Below, piece by piece: positions 24,721-37,615 of a DNA stretch of 64,000 nucleotides. Location: the NCBI GenBank assembly GCA_012026655.1, contig JAAILG010000163.1, forward strand, positions 62,001-126,000, in the 5' to 3' direction. The notes beneath the pieces are model-generated. The model had not been told where the DNA came from, made no database searches, and worked only from the letters and a program-made list of their open reading frames with translations. Source of the DNA: Hydrolagus affinis (Eukaryota). The first letter of the stretch is position 1; every line of letters starts with the position of its first letter. Made by a program: the position numbers and the translations under genes.

Positions 24721-26317
24721 GTCCGAATCTTTTGTGTCACATGAACAATCATTGAAGTTGACTGAGGTGATACATCGAATATTCATATGCAGAAATCCAT
24801 CATATAAGTAGTTCATGATTAAGTATTTATTCAGTGTTTCTCTGACACCTGGTGCATTAAGCATCATTTTCTTCCTGGTTATATTGGTCGTCCAGTGAGT
24901 ATCTCTAATCTGAACTGAACCAAAGACACAGTCTGAATATATGGTTTAATTGTTTGAGCTGTAATGAATTTATCAGTTGATGATTGCTATTGTGGTGTGA
25001 GGTGATATATACCTGTAGAGGTTTCTCAGTCCTCAAACTTTGTACATCTATGGCTGTTGTTATCTTGGGAAAATTGGCTCCAAAATGAGGAAAAGACGTT
25101 ACTGTGATTTCTGACATATTATCAGCAATACTAGAAGAAATTCCTTCATTTGTTTACATTTTCCTGTGAATCCTGTGCATTGAAATAGCCTACTGACGTG
25201 AAAGGCACTATATCAAACTTGAGGATTATTATTACTGTATTAGTTGTTTTTTTCCGGTTTGTCTGATCAAACTAATACGAATGACTATTTTACAGCATGG
25301 ATTGATAGATGATACAGAAGTCATTTTTTTTCAGCACATCATACAATGTATTTTTTCACACTTCAGTAGGAATACCTGTTTCCGCAGCTTTGCGTTCTGT
25401 TGACCGGTGTAATATTTTAAGGATCAAATAGCACAGATAACTCCACTGATTTCATAAAACTGACCGCATTCCTACTCACACACAGACACCAGCGGTCTGT
25501 CTGGATTCTGGGCAGCCATTATATTAACAATGATTATGGTGTACTGTGCAGTGCAATGAGAATGTGCTGTACAATACAGTATAGATTTTCATTCTGTATC
25601 CAGTGGTTTAACGGTTATTATTTGAGGAGTACAATCCAGTTTTGCAATCTATTTACCTTGTTATAAACAAGTTGGCCAGTGAGGAATACAATGTACAGTT
25701 CAGTAATTAGATGCACATGGACTAACTACACATAAAGTTAATGGTTCATTGTTGCACAATGGATATGAATGTAGTTTGAATATTATGGCTTTTACAATAT
25801 AAATCTGCACATAATTTAACATTGCATGCCTTCTCCCTCTTGTTTTAAACCTGTGATAAGTCCAAATACAAAGAGACCAGACTGAGTATGGTTGCACAAA
25901 AATGTACTGCAACTCAGTCTACCATCAATAAAACAACAGGGTTTTTCCTTCCAGTTCTGGTAGACTCTTGCATAGTAATTTTATGTGTTAGTCAATGGAA
26001 AGAAGAGTTCTTTACTTGACATTCACAAAATGTTACGACACACAAGACACAAGCTGCTATGATCAACGCATTATTTGCCTTTTCAGGTTTTATTTTTGCA
26101 GATGTTCAAATATACAAGCACTTCAGAAAGTGGTTTAGAAGCAACTGAAGGATAAATATACAACTTACAAAAGGGTACTGAATCAATGAATAAGCTCTTC
26201 CCAATCCCATCCTCTTTATCCTCTGATATTAAGGAACGACTCACCTAAGGCCCACCAATGCTCTATTGATATCAACGTGTCAGATATTATTAATGTGTAA
26301 GAACTTCAAGTGTGAAG

Positions 26318-26385
26318 AATAATAATCCTTGCTCTTCACAAAGTGCCTTATCGCATCGTTGAGACGTCTCAAAGCGCTTCATTCC
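26318..26385 (-). mobile_element. SINE 3' tail
   Basis: aataataatccttgc..gccttatcgcatcgttgagacgtctcaaagcgcttca. Confidence 0.8.
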
Positions 26386-26615
26386 TAAGGATTTTTTTTA
26401 ATGGTATCACTGACACTAGATAGCAGCTAGCGTGTTGGGTGTGCTAACCACCTATTCTGGTTTGTTCTTACCTGTTCTGCACCTGTAAGGCAGTCACACC
26501 CTAACTACTCTGTTGTTAAATTACAATCGGCCACAAAAAGCTGCAGACCAAAAAGAACCATCATCAGAACAAGAAGCATCATCTCTTGGAGAGACTCTCA
26601 GACCATCACCATCGT

Positions 26616-26923
26616 GGAGTCCGGTAGCTAAGTGGTTAGAGTACTCCTATTATAAGCGAGAGACCTGGGTTCGATTCCAGGCTGGGGGAAACCTTGGGAA
26701 TGTTTCCTTACTCTACACGCCTGATAATAATTCCTCAAGAAAATAACCTAGTAATAAATTGGTCATCTCAATCCACGACCGTTTGAGGGATACTGCTTTG
26801 TGCAATTGGCTACCTCATTTGCCCACAAATGCACAGTCAATTCACTTTACAGTATCGTCCGTGAAGCACAGAGACGTCTAGACGACACGGTAAAGAACTA
26901 TATCAATGTAAGGATCATTATTA
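26616..26923 (+). mobile_element. full-length tRNA-derived SINE (SINE2 class, young family)
   Basis: A box TAGCTAAGTGG 26625-26635, B box GGTTCGATTCC 26668-26678; body and L2-like tail shared with many copies in the window. Confidence 0.95.
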
Positions 26924-28364
26924 ATATCACAACCATACTATTGAATATTAAAGATTCAACATTTGCTGTTTCAAGATGTCGAAGAACACCTGTTATATAA
27001 CCTTGTGTCCTTAATGCTTTTACAATCCACCATCTTACATCCTGTTGTGTTAACAAAGGCCATTTACATTTGTACAGGGCCTTTCATATGAGGGGACGTC
27101 TCAATACAATTCACATAGAGGATTAGGAGCGTGTGTATGCGTGTGTGTGGGGGAGGGGCGGGAGCTACGATGAGACTGGAAGGGAGAAATATACCGAAAA
27201 GCGTATTTTTTGTTTAGCCTGCTCCAGTGCTGTAAACTCCAACCAACCTTGAGGAAGGTAGTCATTTACATTAAGCTGCCTTCCTGGCAGGAGATCTTGG
27301 ATGAAAGCTATGTCCTTTTTTTGATGATCTGCATGATCTGGTGACTTGCTTATTGCAACTCGATATGGACCAATGGTTTGAGTGTGTTTCATCTTCCGAA
27401 ACATACAAAGCAAAACCACTCAGAAATCTGTACATGCAATCACCGAAATTTCCGACTCATATTTTTGTATCTGCAGACTTAGGTTTCCTCTCCCTTCCCT
27501 TCCCTCCCCCATCCCTGAATTCCTCGAGGAACGTGAGTGACACAAAGGGAATATAATAGCACTCTTATGAGATTTTCGTCTTTTTAGCATGAAAATAAAT
27601 TGGGAACAGGTTAGCAGGGAATGATCTAATGTAGAATAGATGGCAGGAGGAAAGCTATACACTTTATCACTCAGATGGGTCCCTGGACTCAGCATTGAGC
27701 AAGATTATCAAGATGCAGCAGACAAATCTGCCAAAGACGATGCCCAGTTATATTGATCAGATGATAAGTAGGCGGTGAATAGGTTGGCATTTGCCAGCGT
27801 TATGTTTTGCTGATGCCTGCTTGCTCTCCTCGTTTTAAACAAACATCACAGCGACCTGCGCATTGCCAATGCTGCATCTCATTTGCTGAGTTTGATATAT
27901 ATATGTGGATGTTATAACTGCATGTGTTCGAAGCAGTTTGGGTTTGGTTTGTCCGGTCACAAAACGGTTAACGGCACAATTTAGCCCCCACTTGAAAATG
28001 GCCAAGAATAAAAAGCACGAAACGTAATGTGCGTTAGATTATGCTTATCGCCCAACTTGAAATGGGAGTGTTTCATTTTAATATCGCCGATTTTTGATAT
28101 TCATAATTAATGCCACTCTCCGGAGGTATCGGAGGATTTTATTATTAATTTACAGCTCATAATTTACTCATAGATTTATTAAGAGAGGGAAAAAACAATT
28201 TATCACGGTTTGGGATAAAAGTGACTCGAAGTTCACTGAATTAAGTCTTCTGAATCATTGCAGAACTTCTTCTGTTTGTGAGAATTAAAAAGTTAAGACT
28301 CTAGGGTCAGCCACCGATCAGCAGTAAAGGAAATAGCTTCTCTCTTCATCGTTCGTGTTTACAG

Positions 28365-28445
28365 TTAATTTGTGGTTAAAAGTGCTTTGAGACATCTTGA
28401 TGATGTGATAAGGCGCCACATCAAATTCAAGGATCATTATTTTCA
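28365..28445 (+). mobile_element. SINE 3' tail
   Basis: aagtgctttgagacatcttgatgatgtgataaggcgccacatcaaattcaaggatcattat. Confidence 0.75.
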
Positions 28446-29102
28446 TTATATTACCAATTGTTAAAACAATTTCAGGAATTTAATTTTACATTTCAATTCA
28501 ATTTTATATCCAAGTTTAACCCCCCACAAAAAACCTACACCTCTAAGTCAAGGAGGGCAAATTCAAGAATCCTACTGAGCAGATCAAAAGAGGATACAGT
28601 CCTCATCAACCGGTTTACCTTGAACGGCATAGAGGAAGAATAACCCTTTTGTCTGAACAGTTGAATCCTGGCCACAGCAAGGCAGTGCATAAACACAAAG
28701 GTATTTTGTAACAATGCTGTTCTGTCTACTTGATAGAAAAAAATGCTTATTTACTTTTTTTTCACAGCGTATTCTCCGGCTAAATGACTTTTGCATTTCC
28801 TTTTGTCAAAGCAGCTAATAATATTCAAACCAAATCACCCTTAAAAAAACAATTGTCGGTGTGAATTTTATTGGAACCCATAAGATAAAGCTTGAATCTT
28901 ATCAGATTTTATATTTGTTTCAGATACTTACCAAACCAATTTTGTTAAAATATTTGATTTTACAGATTTTTTAATAGAAAATCATAGAATGCTTTTTTAT
29001 AAGTGTTCCACAGTAATGAAAATTCAACAATGATTAAGAGAAGAATAAAGACTGTTATTGCAGAACTACAGGAGAAAAAATATATAATTTAAGAGACTCT
29101 AA

Positions 29103-29320
29103 GGGAAAAATTCTAGCTGAGTTTAGATTTGCTCTATTGATATAGCATTCCATATGATCCAGAATTTGCCCGAATCTTAGAAAACCCTTACTTTTCAAGC
29201 CATTTTACTGTCACTTTTGCTTCTAAGAACTGCAGAAAACGGGTGTTAAAGTAAAGTCTGAATTTAGCAATTTGTCAAATTCTGAACAGTGTAAATCTAG
29301 ATGGGAGGAGGAATTTCTTT
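29103..29320. mobile_element. palindromic MITE-like element, family P copy C
   Basis: gggaaaaattctagctgagtttagatttgctct ... agtgtaaatctagatgggaggaggaatttc form inverted ends. Confidence 0.7.
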
Positions 29321-29664
29321 CTCCCCCTCTCTGTCTATAGTTTCAATTGTTTATCTGGCATAATCACTGTTATACAATTATCAGTTCACAGCCTGAAATA
29401 AAATGTTACCTACTCTATAAAACATCAGAGTAGGTGAATTGAAGTTATGCTCCAATTATCACCTTCACTCCCATGATGGAAGTGGTTAAATTTTACTGTG
29501 TTTTAAAACTTCAGACACAGAGGTTGCAGAGCATGTTGGAAGTGTTATCTGAATGACGGATGCTGCAAGACGTTTATGGAATAAAAATGAAATAAATGCA
29601 GGCATTGCAGTTTTTGAATGCATTCGACAAAACAATATCAATATTTTGTGTTACGGGCATTTAA

Positions 29665-29912
29665 GATTGGTGGAGGTGCCATCCTTTTGTATGAGATATT
29701 CAATCAAGACTGTCTATTAGATCAGGTAAACATGAAAGATCCCATGACGCCATTCAAAAAGAGGAGGAAGTTTCTCCTGAAGTCTAGGTCAATAATCTCT
29801 TTGTGGGCTGTGGTCATTGCATAAAGCTACTTTGTTTGCCGATAAAAACAGTCACTACACTCAGTAATTACCTGTGAAGCGCTATGAGACGTTTTGGCAT
29901 GATAAAGTGCCA
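29665..29912 (+). mobile_element. Deu-SINE fragment
   Basis: ggaggtgccatccttttgtatgagatatt..aaagatcccatgacgccattc..cagtcactacact..gtgaagcgctatgagacg. Confidence 0.85.
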
Positions 29913-30666
29913 CAACATTCCTTTAAGGTACATATTAAACGTGTGGAAATTAAGTGCTGTAAAATTAAGCAAGGCGCACTTTAAAGCAAGTAATAAAACA
30001 AATCTATTTATATGGATATTGATTCAAAATAGTTTGTGTCTGTCAACACACTATTTATGCCTTTACTAAACAAACATCATTGATACAGCTTCATAATGAA
30101 CAACAGCATTTGTGCTTTTGGGGACAAAATATTTTGTGCTATTACTCGGCAAATCTCTTGCTGAAAATACAGTGTGTTTGTGCTTTGAATTTACTTAAAG
30201 AGAACAAGCAATCACCTGAGATAACATATTTTGCTAAAAGTCTTGCTAAGCATTTCACGTTAATTTTGTGGTGATTTAATAGATAATAACCTCAATATTT
30301 GTACTTGATTCATGTCCAGTAAGAATATTAGAGCTATTAAAATCCACAGAAGCCTTTTATTCATTAAACCAATGAAAGCGTCTTCATCATTCACGTACAT
30401 TGTATTGCTCTACCTGTACATTTTCTGGAGATTTTTGGACGAGATAACTGAGCTTTTATTTAACTTAGCCATTAATTTCATGAACCTAATTGGAAGCATA
30501 AAATGCTTCATTTCATGTATCTGAAACATTGTTGTTCATATAACAATGATTCAATAGTATATTGGATGACAGGAATGGGCTCTTACATAAGGCACAAAAT
30601 CACTATGGTGGCAGAATAAATAATATGTTGCTTTATACTGTACATAGTTCCAAATTATGTTCATAA

Positions 30667-31685
30667 TAATTTTTTTCCAAATGCTACATTACAAATTGAG
30701 GTTTTAATGTTGGCTGCTGTGTGATTCATCACATGAACAGAATGCTTGAACTATCGTAAACATGCATATCAAAGTTCTCAAATAGTTTTAAATTCAGTTC
30801 CTATTCCGGACTGTATTTTGTGCAACACAGACATAATGTCTTCAAGATCACAAGACTGGTTTGAATGTAGAAGGCCCATTGGCTCATCCAATCTCATCCC
30901 TCCAGAACACCCACCCCACCATCCTCCCATCACAGCATTAAGTTGATTTTTAAATGAGTCCCAGTGTCCTGGACTCAACCATCCTCCCAACCGTGTCTTC
31001 ATTCAGGAATTCCTGGCCACTACAATACCAGAGTGTTGGATTCTGAACTTGAAGACCCAAGTGTACATTCAAATTCCTTCTTATGCAAAGAAACTCCTAC
31101 ATGTTGTACACACTGACTAGAATTTCTGGATCCAGTTTGATGTATTTCATTTTATTTTCGCAAGATTTTGCTCTTATCTGGTGATTGCACTTTCATCGGT
31201 ATATAGGAAGGCGACTGAATGTATTGAAATTCATCCAGTTGTGATTTCACAGTTTGACACACACAGGAAATTGAGTTAGCGTTTCTCTGACTTTGGGAAA
31301 CTTTGCATTAAAGGTTCTTAACAGCACTAAACTCCAAGTAGGTTTCCTCAAAGAATCCGCGTCCGGGTCTGGAGGTAACACTGGAACGTGAGGGAATTTT
31401 TTACTTCAGCAACATTATACACATCGGAATATGGTGATACAATTTTAAATCAAGTTCTTCTAAAGACAGATGTCAGGGTGTGATATTCTGCTGCGGGGAT
31501 TTTTCATATGATTGATTCTCTAATAATTCAATAAAAAGAGATGGTGATGGAAGTGATAAGAAGCCCCATTAGCTTGAAACGTAGCGTGTTGGATTTCCTA
31601 TATAGTGTGCCACATAGTGCCATGTTGTCTGCCTTTTAACAACATTAAAACCTCAATTTGTAATATAGCATTTGGAAAAAAATTA
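30667..31685. repeat. 46-bp inverted repeat pair (30667-30712 / 31640-31685)
   Basis: taatttttttccaaatgcta[c/t]attacaaattgaggttttaatgttg and its reverse complement, 45/46 identical. Confidence 0.95.
30851..31005 (-). mobile_element. CR1 3' end
   Basis: tctcatccctccagaacacccacc..cccatcac..ttaaatgagtcc is the reverse complement of the CR1 tail at about 58230-58350. Confidence 0.75.
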
Positions 31686-32654
31686 AATGATGCAATGAAC
31701 AACAGGCACCAAATTTACTGGCATTGGCAATTTTGTTTGGAATTCGCTAGAAAAAGTCCAGTGTAGTATCCAGGTGTTGGATTAACAATGTAATACAAGG
31801 GAGTGAGTGAGAAGGCATAAAAGGCATTGGAAGAATCTCCAAGTCAATGCTGCAGTGATCTTTCAGACTAGTTGAATCTTTCACCAGTGAGTTTCTTAGA
31901 CACGTGCTTAGAATTATTTGCATATCCTTACTATCAGATGCAAAATAACCGGATTTCCTTCAGCACAAAAGGGGCACAGATAAGGTATTGAACATTATCA
32001 ATATTTATCAAGTTCATCAAATGTCATTTACAATAATAATACTAACGATAATAGTTCTTCCATTTGGAGGATATCTCAAAGCACTTTACAGGATTTATTA
32101 TTGTGTTTGGTGACTATATTTTGCAGTTGAACATTTATAGAAACAAGTATCAGTTCCAGAATTATTTTGCAACATTACATTTATAGAAGCATATTGACTT
32201 GCACCGGACAAGTATGTATCATATGACACTGCCACTGCTTACTGTTTTCAAGAAAAGAAAAATGAAATGTTTTTGATAACATTTAGTGAGTGCAATTAGG
32301 ATTTTGTAAAACAATCAGTTCTATATGCCGACGAATATTGAAATGATTCATGTTTTGAACGTATCATCCTTGTGTTTAATGCACCTTCTGCCTCTCGCAT
32401 CGTCATGTGTTTATGTAAAACTAGGATTATTCAGACTCATTCAGATGACTTTATTCAGTCTGCATTTTATCGGCTCCTCGTGATGGCTAGCAGACAATAA
32501 CCTAAAGCTCTTATACTTTAGACACTGTTACCAGTGAGACTGAGATTCCGCAGTTAGTCCATTGGCTCCAAATCATTATCTCCAAACACTGAGGTCAAGC
32601 AAAATGGAACTCTGCACTCTGGAACTAAGTGTACTGTGGAACTCCACTAATAGG

Positions 32655-32790
32655 TGGAAAACAGTGGTCACACTTTCAAGTTATTATTGAGCAAGGAATG
32701 TGTTCATTTCCGTGTTGACATTCAAAATCGTGAGGCTGTTCTATTGGACTGCCCCGGAACTTTTAAACTTCTCGTTAGGTTTGAAAGTTT
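32655..32790 (+). mobile_element. CR1 ORF2 C-terminal remnant
   Basis: SGHTFKL resembles the CR1 RGHSFKL motif; rest degraded. Confidence 0.4.
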
Positions 32791-33334
32791 GTCTCGGCTG
32801 TGGCAACACCTGGATTATACGGTGGCTTTCGGTAACTGATAGAACTTGGCAGTCACGTTCCGAATACCCATGAGTCTCGCCGGAGTTTAAAGGCCAGACT
32901 ACTTTTGAGTGTTTGTTTATGACGACAGCATCACCAGCCTTCTGAGGAACAGGATTCTGAACCTCAGGGTCAAAATGTGGGAAGCATTCCAACAGTGGCT
33001 GGCAAGGTGACAAGTCAATTAGTCGCTTATTTATTGGTCTGTTGATTAAAGCGTAATTGATCAATCAATTATAAGCGGTTAATCAGCATAGCATGAGATA
33101 CCACAGGGTGTGCAATGTATTGTGTTTTCCTTGTTGTTAATAATTCAGCGCAATATTCTTTTATTTGGTAGAATGTTGCAGTGTGTTGTAAATAATGTGC
33201 TGTAATACTTAAAAAGACGTTAAAAAAAATGTGGAAAAGTGAGATGCTGGAGGTACAACTATGAAAGCAGAGGTTATTATATTTAGAACACAGTGTGGAG
33301 GGTGTGGGGGAGAGAGTTGCTCTCATAAAGACAA

Positions 33335-33455
33335 TTATAATGGTAATCCTTGCATAAAGCAGCAGCTTATCGTAAACGCGTCAAAAGGTTTTAAACGACA
33401 AAAACAAAATTACATTTGTATAGCGCCATTCAATTCAGGAGGACGTCCCATAGCA
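33335..33455 (-). mobile_element. adjacent SINE tail and L2 tail
   Basis: taatccttgcata..cttatcg then caaaattacatttgtatagcgcc..tcaggaggacgtccca. Confidence 0.7.
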
Positions 33456-33759
33456 TTGAAAATCCACTCTTACAGAAATTACTGTAGCATGTATAAACTG
33501 TGTAGTTTGTTGACAAATTTTTGGGTGGGAGGGTGTGGGGGTGGGTGAGAGGATTGAAAATGTTATATATTGAAAGATAATCTAACTCCCCCGCAAGTTG
33601 ATTGAAGTCATCTCTATTTCACAAAGTTCCTGCAGTTTAAGTCTCGCCACCACATCTCTCCACTCGTGGCAAGCGATGCATTTCTTTGTATCCACTTGTT
33701 CCCATCGAACAAATGGTGCACAATGTGCAGGGAAATGAATGGTGTCGCAGCAAATGTTC

Positions 33760-33965
33760 CTGTTAGACAGATGCTCTCATTAATCTGCTAATAAACAGCA
33801 GAGCCACCAAGGTGACAGCTTTCTTATCATTCTGCATCCCAAAAAATGGGCAGTGGCTGATAGCTGGTGATAGAACACTAGTCACTGGATAATTTAATCC
33901 TAAAGTTTGATCATTCTTTCTCCTAGTGAGTGCGTAATAAATCTTTGCTGTTATTTTATTAGAGT
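33760..33965. promoter_or_regulatory. candidate conserved enhancer
   Basis: Repeat-free, with cattaatc, TGACAG, tttaatcc and gtaataaa (posterior HOX/CDX-like) motifs. Confidence 0.4.
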
Positions 33966-36900
33966 AAAAATGTGTATGTGTGGTGGTGGGAGGAGTGGGG
34001 GGGGGGGGGGAGGGGGGCGGGGTGAGTGGGTAAATCAAATATTGGTGTTTATTGTTTTTTTATATTTGATAACCCAATGTGAGAATGATCAAAGGGAGGG
34101 CGATGTGCATTGCAATACAGTAACAGCATATTGTGTGTGGCAGGTCACAGAATAAAACATGACAGAGTATAAATATTTTATTTGGAAAGATGCTTCATTT
34201 GAGTGTTTTAAGAGCACGGGAGTAAAAATATATTTTTCTGTAGCCATCGTGTTTTGTAAATTAGCTATTTGGATATTCCTCCTTAGGAAGCTTGCGATTT
34301 AAATTCTGTTTTCATTTTTAAATAACTAAATATGTATTTATCCATTACGGAAAGACATTTTTTTTAAAAATGGTTGCAAACAAATAAACTGGTCCGTGTT
34401 CTGTTGTGTTTCGACAACAAGAAAAAAATAAGTCTGCAATTCGAAGCTATTTGACCCATGGAAAATGCAAAGCATCTGCTTTCTCCTTTTACACCTTCCT
34501 CTTGGCTTTATACAGTATTGTTACTTGGAAGCATTTTAACAAAGGCTTAAAGTACTAAAGAGACATGGAAAATAATGCACAAAACTTTTGCTTTAAACAA
34601 AGAGGCAGCGAATCCTTCTCGTCCTGTTTTTCAAATGCACAGAAAGAACAAAAATGTTTTTTTTCAGTGCCTTTTAATATATATATTTTTTATCTTGAAC
34701 AGTATATGTGTGTGGGTGGGTGGGGAGACAGAGCAGCATGGTTCTGGAAAATAGAGGTTGTTTTTATTCTGTTCCCCATTCTCTCAGAAATTACAGTTGC
34801 AATCCTCTGAGGGTTAAAATCTCATCCTATGGTAACTCATCCAAAAGATTAAGAGATGAATATCTTACTGAACGGTTTTCTGGGAGAGAATGGCAGACTT
34901 TAGTGACCACTACATCTGGTTAAGGGAGAAAAATGCAGGCAGCAGGTGAAAGAGAAATGAATTTTCCCAAGCTCCTGGGTCTTTTAAGCTGCTAATCATG
35001 GGCTGCTTGTGAGTGGTCCTGCTGGGTTTTGGAGTATGCCGTTAGCTGCTTTTAGCAAATCATGCTCACAGCAGTGGCCTTTAGTTTGGAGTGGATTCAC
35101 AAATTTTCTGCCCATACGAAAAAAAATTATCATCTCAGACCAGGCTTCTCTCCAAAATTAATGATGGGGACATGCGGAAAAGGTGTCAAATTGTGATAAA
35201 ATGTTCAGTCAAAATTACCGGCGAATCTTGTCTGGAATTGAAGACAAAATGAAATAATTTCACTCTGCCTCGCTGTTTGTTTTCTGACCGTTTCTGCCAA
35301 TTCTCTGAGGAGGTTAGACAGAGAGAGAGAGAGAGAGCGAGAGCGAGGAAAAAAAAGATATCCCATCTTTTATTGTAATCAAATTTATCTGGCATCTCTT
35401 ACCCTTTTAAATTACTTATGCTACAGTCATCTGCCCCACTGCTAGGTTTGAGTGAGTTTATTTATTTATTGTTCTAAAGAGAGAGTTTGTGACATGATGT
35501 CCGCAGTTTGTCCTCGGGGACCTGGGAAGAGAAAGCTTCAGATATGTACTTCAAATCGCAAATTGTTAAGGTTACATCTTTTCTTTATATGTATTTAAAA
35601 AAAAACCTTTTCCTCTCAGAAAAGGCAACAAAGCAATGAGGAGGGGAGAACGAAATTTGTTGAAAGATGCAAGGTTCAAGCTTCTTTTTAATTTGTGTGA
35701 CATTTTCTTCATGGAAACAAAATCGGTAACTGTACCCTTGTACTTTGTATGCTTTCATTCCCACCCCCACCACCACCTCCCCCCACCCCACCCCCCGCAC
35801 CTCCCACCCACTCCTTCCAAATGTATGAACTCTGACCTAAACCTATTAATTGGCCGGCTTGTTGCACTGCGTATGCTCTAAGCGGCAAACAGCTGATTTC
35901 TTTTGTGTTTTCTGTCAAACAGAAAAAAAAGGCAACAGATCAAACGTGTTCAAATTACAGGTATTTAACTTGTTACCTAAAAAAAAACATTGGAGATCAT
36001 TGTTTCTGGAATGTGTAGTCCAGAGCAAGTATCGATCCTGGCGCTTAGGTTATGGAGAGAGAAACCTGAAGTGTAGGAGAGTGAATGGGTAAACTCTCCC
36101 TTTTGTTTCCAGCTACACTGAATGTTTACTTTACCCAACCTCCTCCCCTCCCCTCACTGTCCCCACACCCAGACACCCCACTCCCTTGAATATCCTTGAT
36201 CATTGTTAAAGTTTGGTATGAAGTGTGCTTTTTCAGTGTAATTTCACTGTAATGCTTCAAGCCTGAAAACAGACTGTTAAAACCGTAGGTTCAATAAGAC
36301 CAAAAGAGGGGATTTTTGGTGAAATTTAAATGAAATACAAACACAGCAAAAAAACCGAACGAAATAAAAGACGTGCTTGTGGTAAAACAATTCTAAACAC
36401 AGAAACACTTTTGTATTAAGATTGAGCGAATACAATTCCAGTTTTAAACTCTTGATTTTGGCAGTTAGAATTGATCCGAGAGCAGACATTTTTAGATTTT
36501 TTTTAAATATTAAAAAAAAGCAAATTATACCATGGTCATTCTTTTTCAAATTCTTTTTAATTCGAGATTCCTGTTTTGGAACAGCGCAATTTATTGAAAC
36601 CATATTTTCGTTACACTTTCCTTTTCCCTCCATTGCCTGCCCTTGGCAAGTAATTTGATTGATACAAAATTTCATACATTTTACAATCTGAATCAGACGC
36701 TGTCTGCTTTATATCGTTCTCAAATCTTTTCAGATTTTCCCTTTTTCAGTGAGTTGCCCAGCACAGAAACAAATTTGTTTAACATCACAGGGGGAAAGTT
36801 AAAAGCCCCCAAAACGCCATACCGCTGAACAATAATTCAGACCGGGTTTAAGTAAGGACTACAGTGAGATGCAACAAAGATAAATTAGCCATTTAACTAA

Positions 36901-37534
36901 AATGAAATATACCGATGAAAAAATCTAGTCTAATGAACACAGACGCATCTTCCAAATTATGTACAAAACACTGAGATTTCCTTTATTTCACCACAATTTA
37001 AGATTTCTCTGTTGCTCAAAATGTATTGTTCAAAATATTTGCCTATTGCAGATATCAGGAAAAAGCTATAAATAAGCCACCTATTATTTGACATCAGCTA
37101 AATGTCTTCAGAAAATGCTTACTGTACCACTATAATTGTAAAAATCCTACAGTTTTGTTTTAACTACCTGTACACTTTAGTCCGATAGATTTGTGTTGTA
37201 TTTAATTTTTACAATAAATTTTACTCTGAAGAAAACCATATGCCCAAATCATTATGGGGAATTCACACTGTCGTATTGTAAGCCTTTTGGTTGAAGATTC
37301 AATTTAATTCAGACCTCCTCTTTTATTGGAGAAACTATTTTTTTTAAAAATAGGAGTTTTTCATACCAAATGAGTTTGTCATTATAGAACAAATGCAGTA
37401 AATTCACAGCAAAATTAACAGATTTCTGCAAATTAAACAGTGGCTCAACAAAAGAATAGTATTTTATATGTTCCTTTTATTTAAGTTATCAAGTACAACT
37501 GGAATCAATGCTTAAGCACCACCATAAAATTCAT

Positions 37535-37615
37535 CTTACAGTATATTCTGTGATGCACTTTGAGACGCCTTGAAGATGTGATAAGCGGCTGTATCAAATG
37601 TAAGGATTATTATTA
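37535..37615 (+). mobile_element. SINE 3' tail
   Basis: tacagtatattctgtgatgcactttgagacg..tatcaaatgtaaggattattatt. Confidence 0.85.

Noticed and set aside
26616-26690. tRNA gene
   Set aside because: The acceptor stem does not close and the sequence continues into a multi-copy SINE body
36277-36675. Longest ORF (132 aa)
   Set aside because: AT-rich, low-complexity K/F/L composition with no recognisable domain or splice signals
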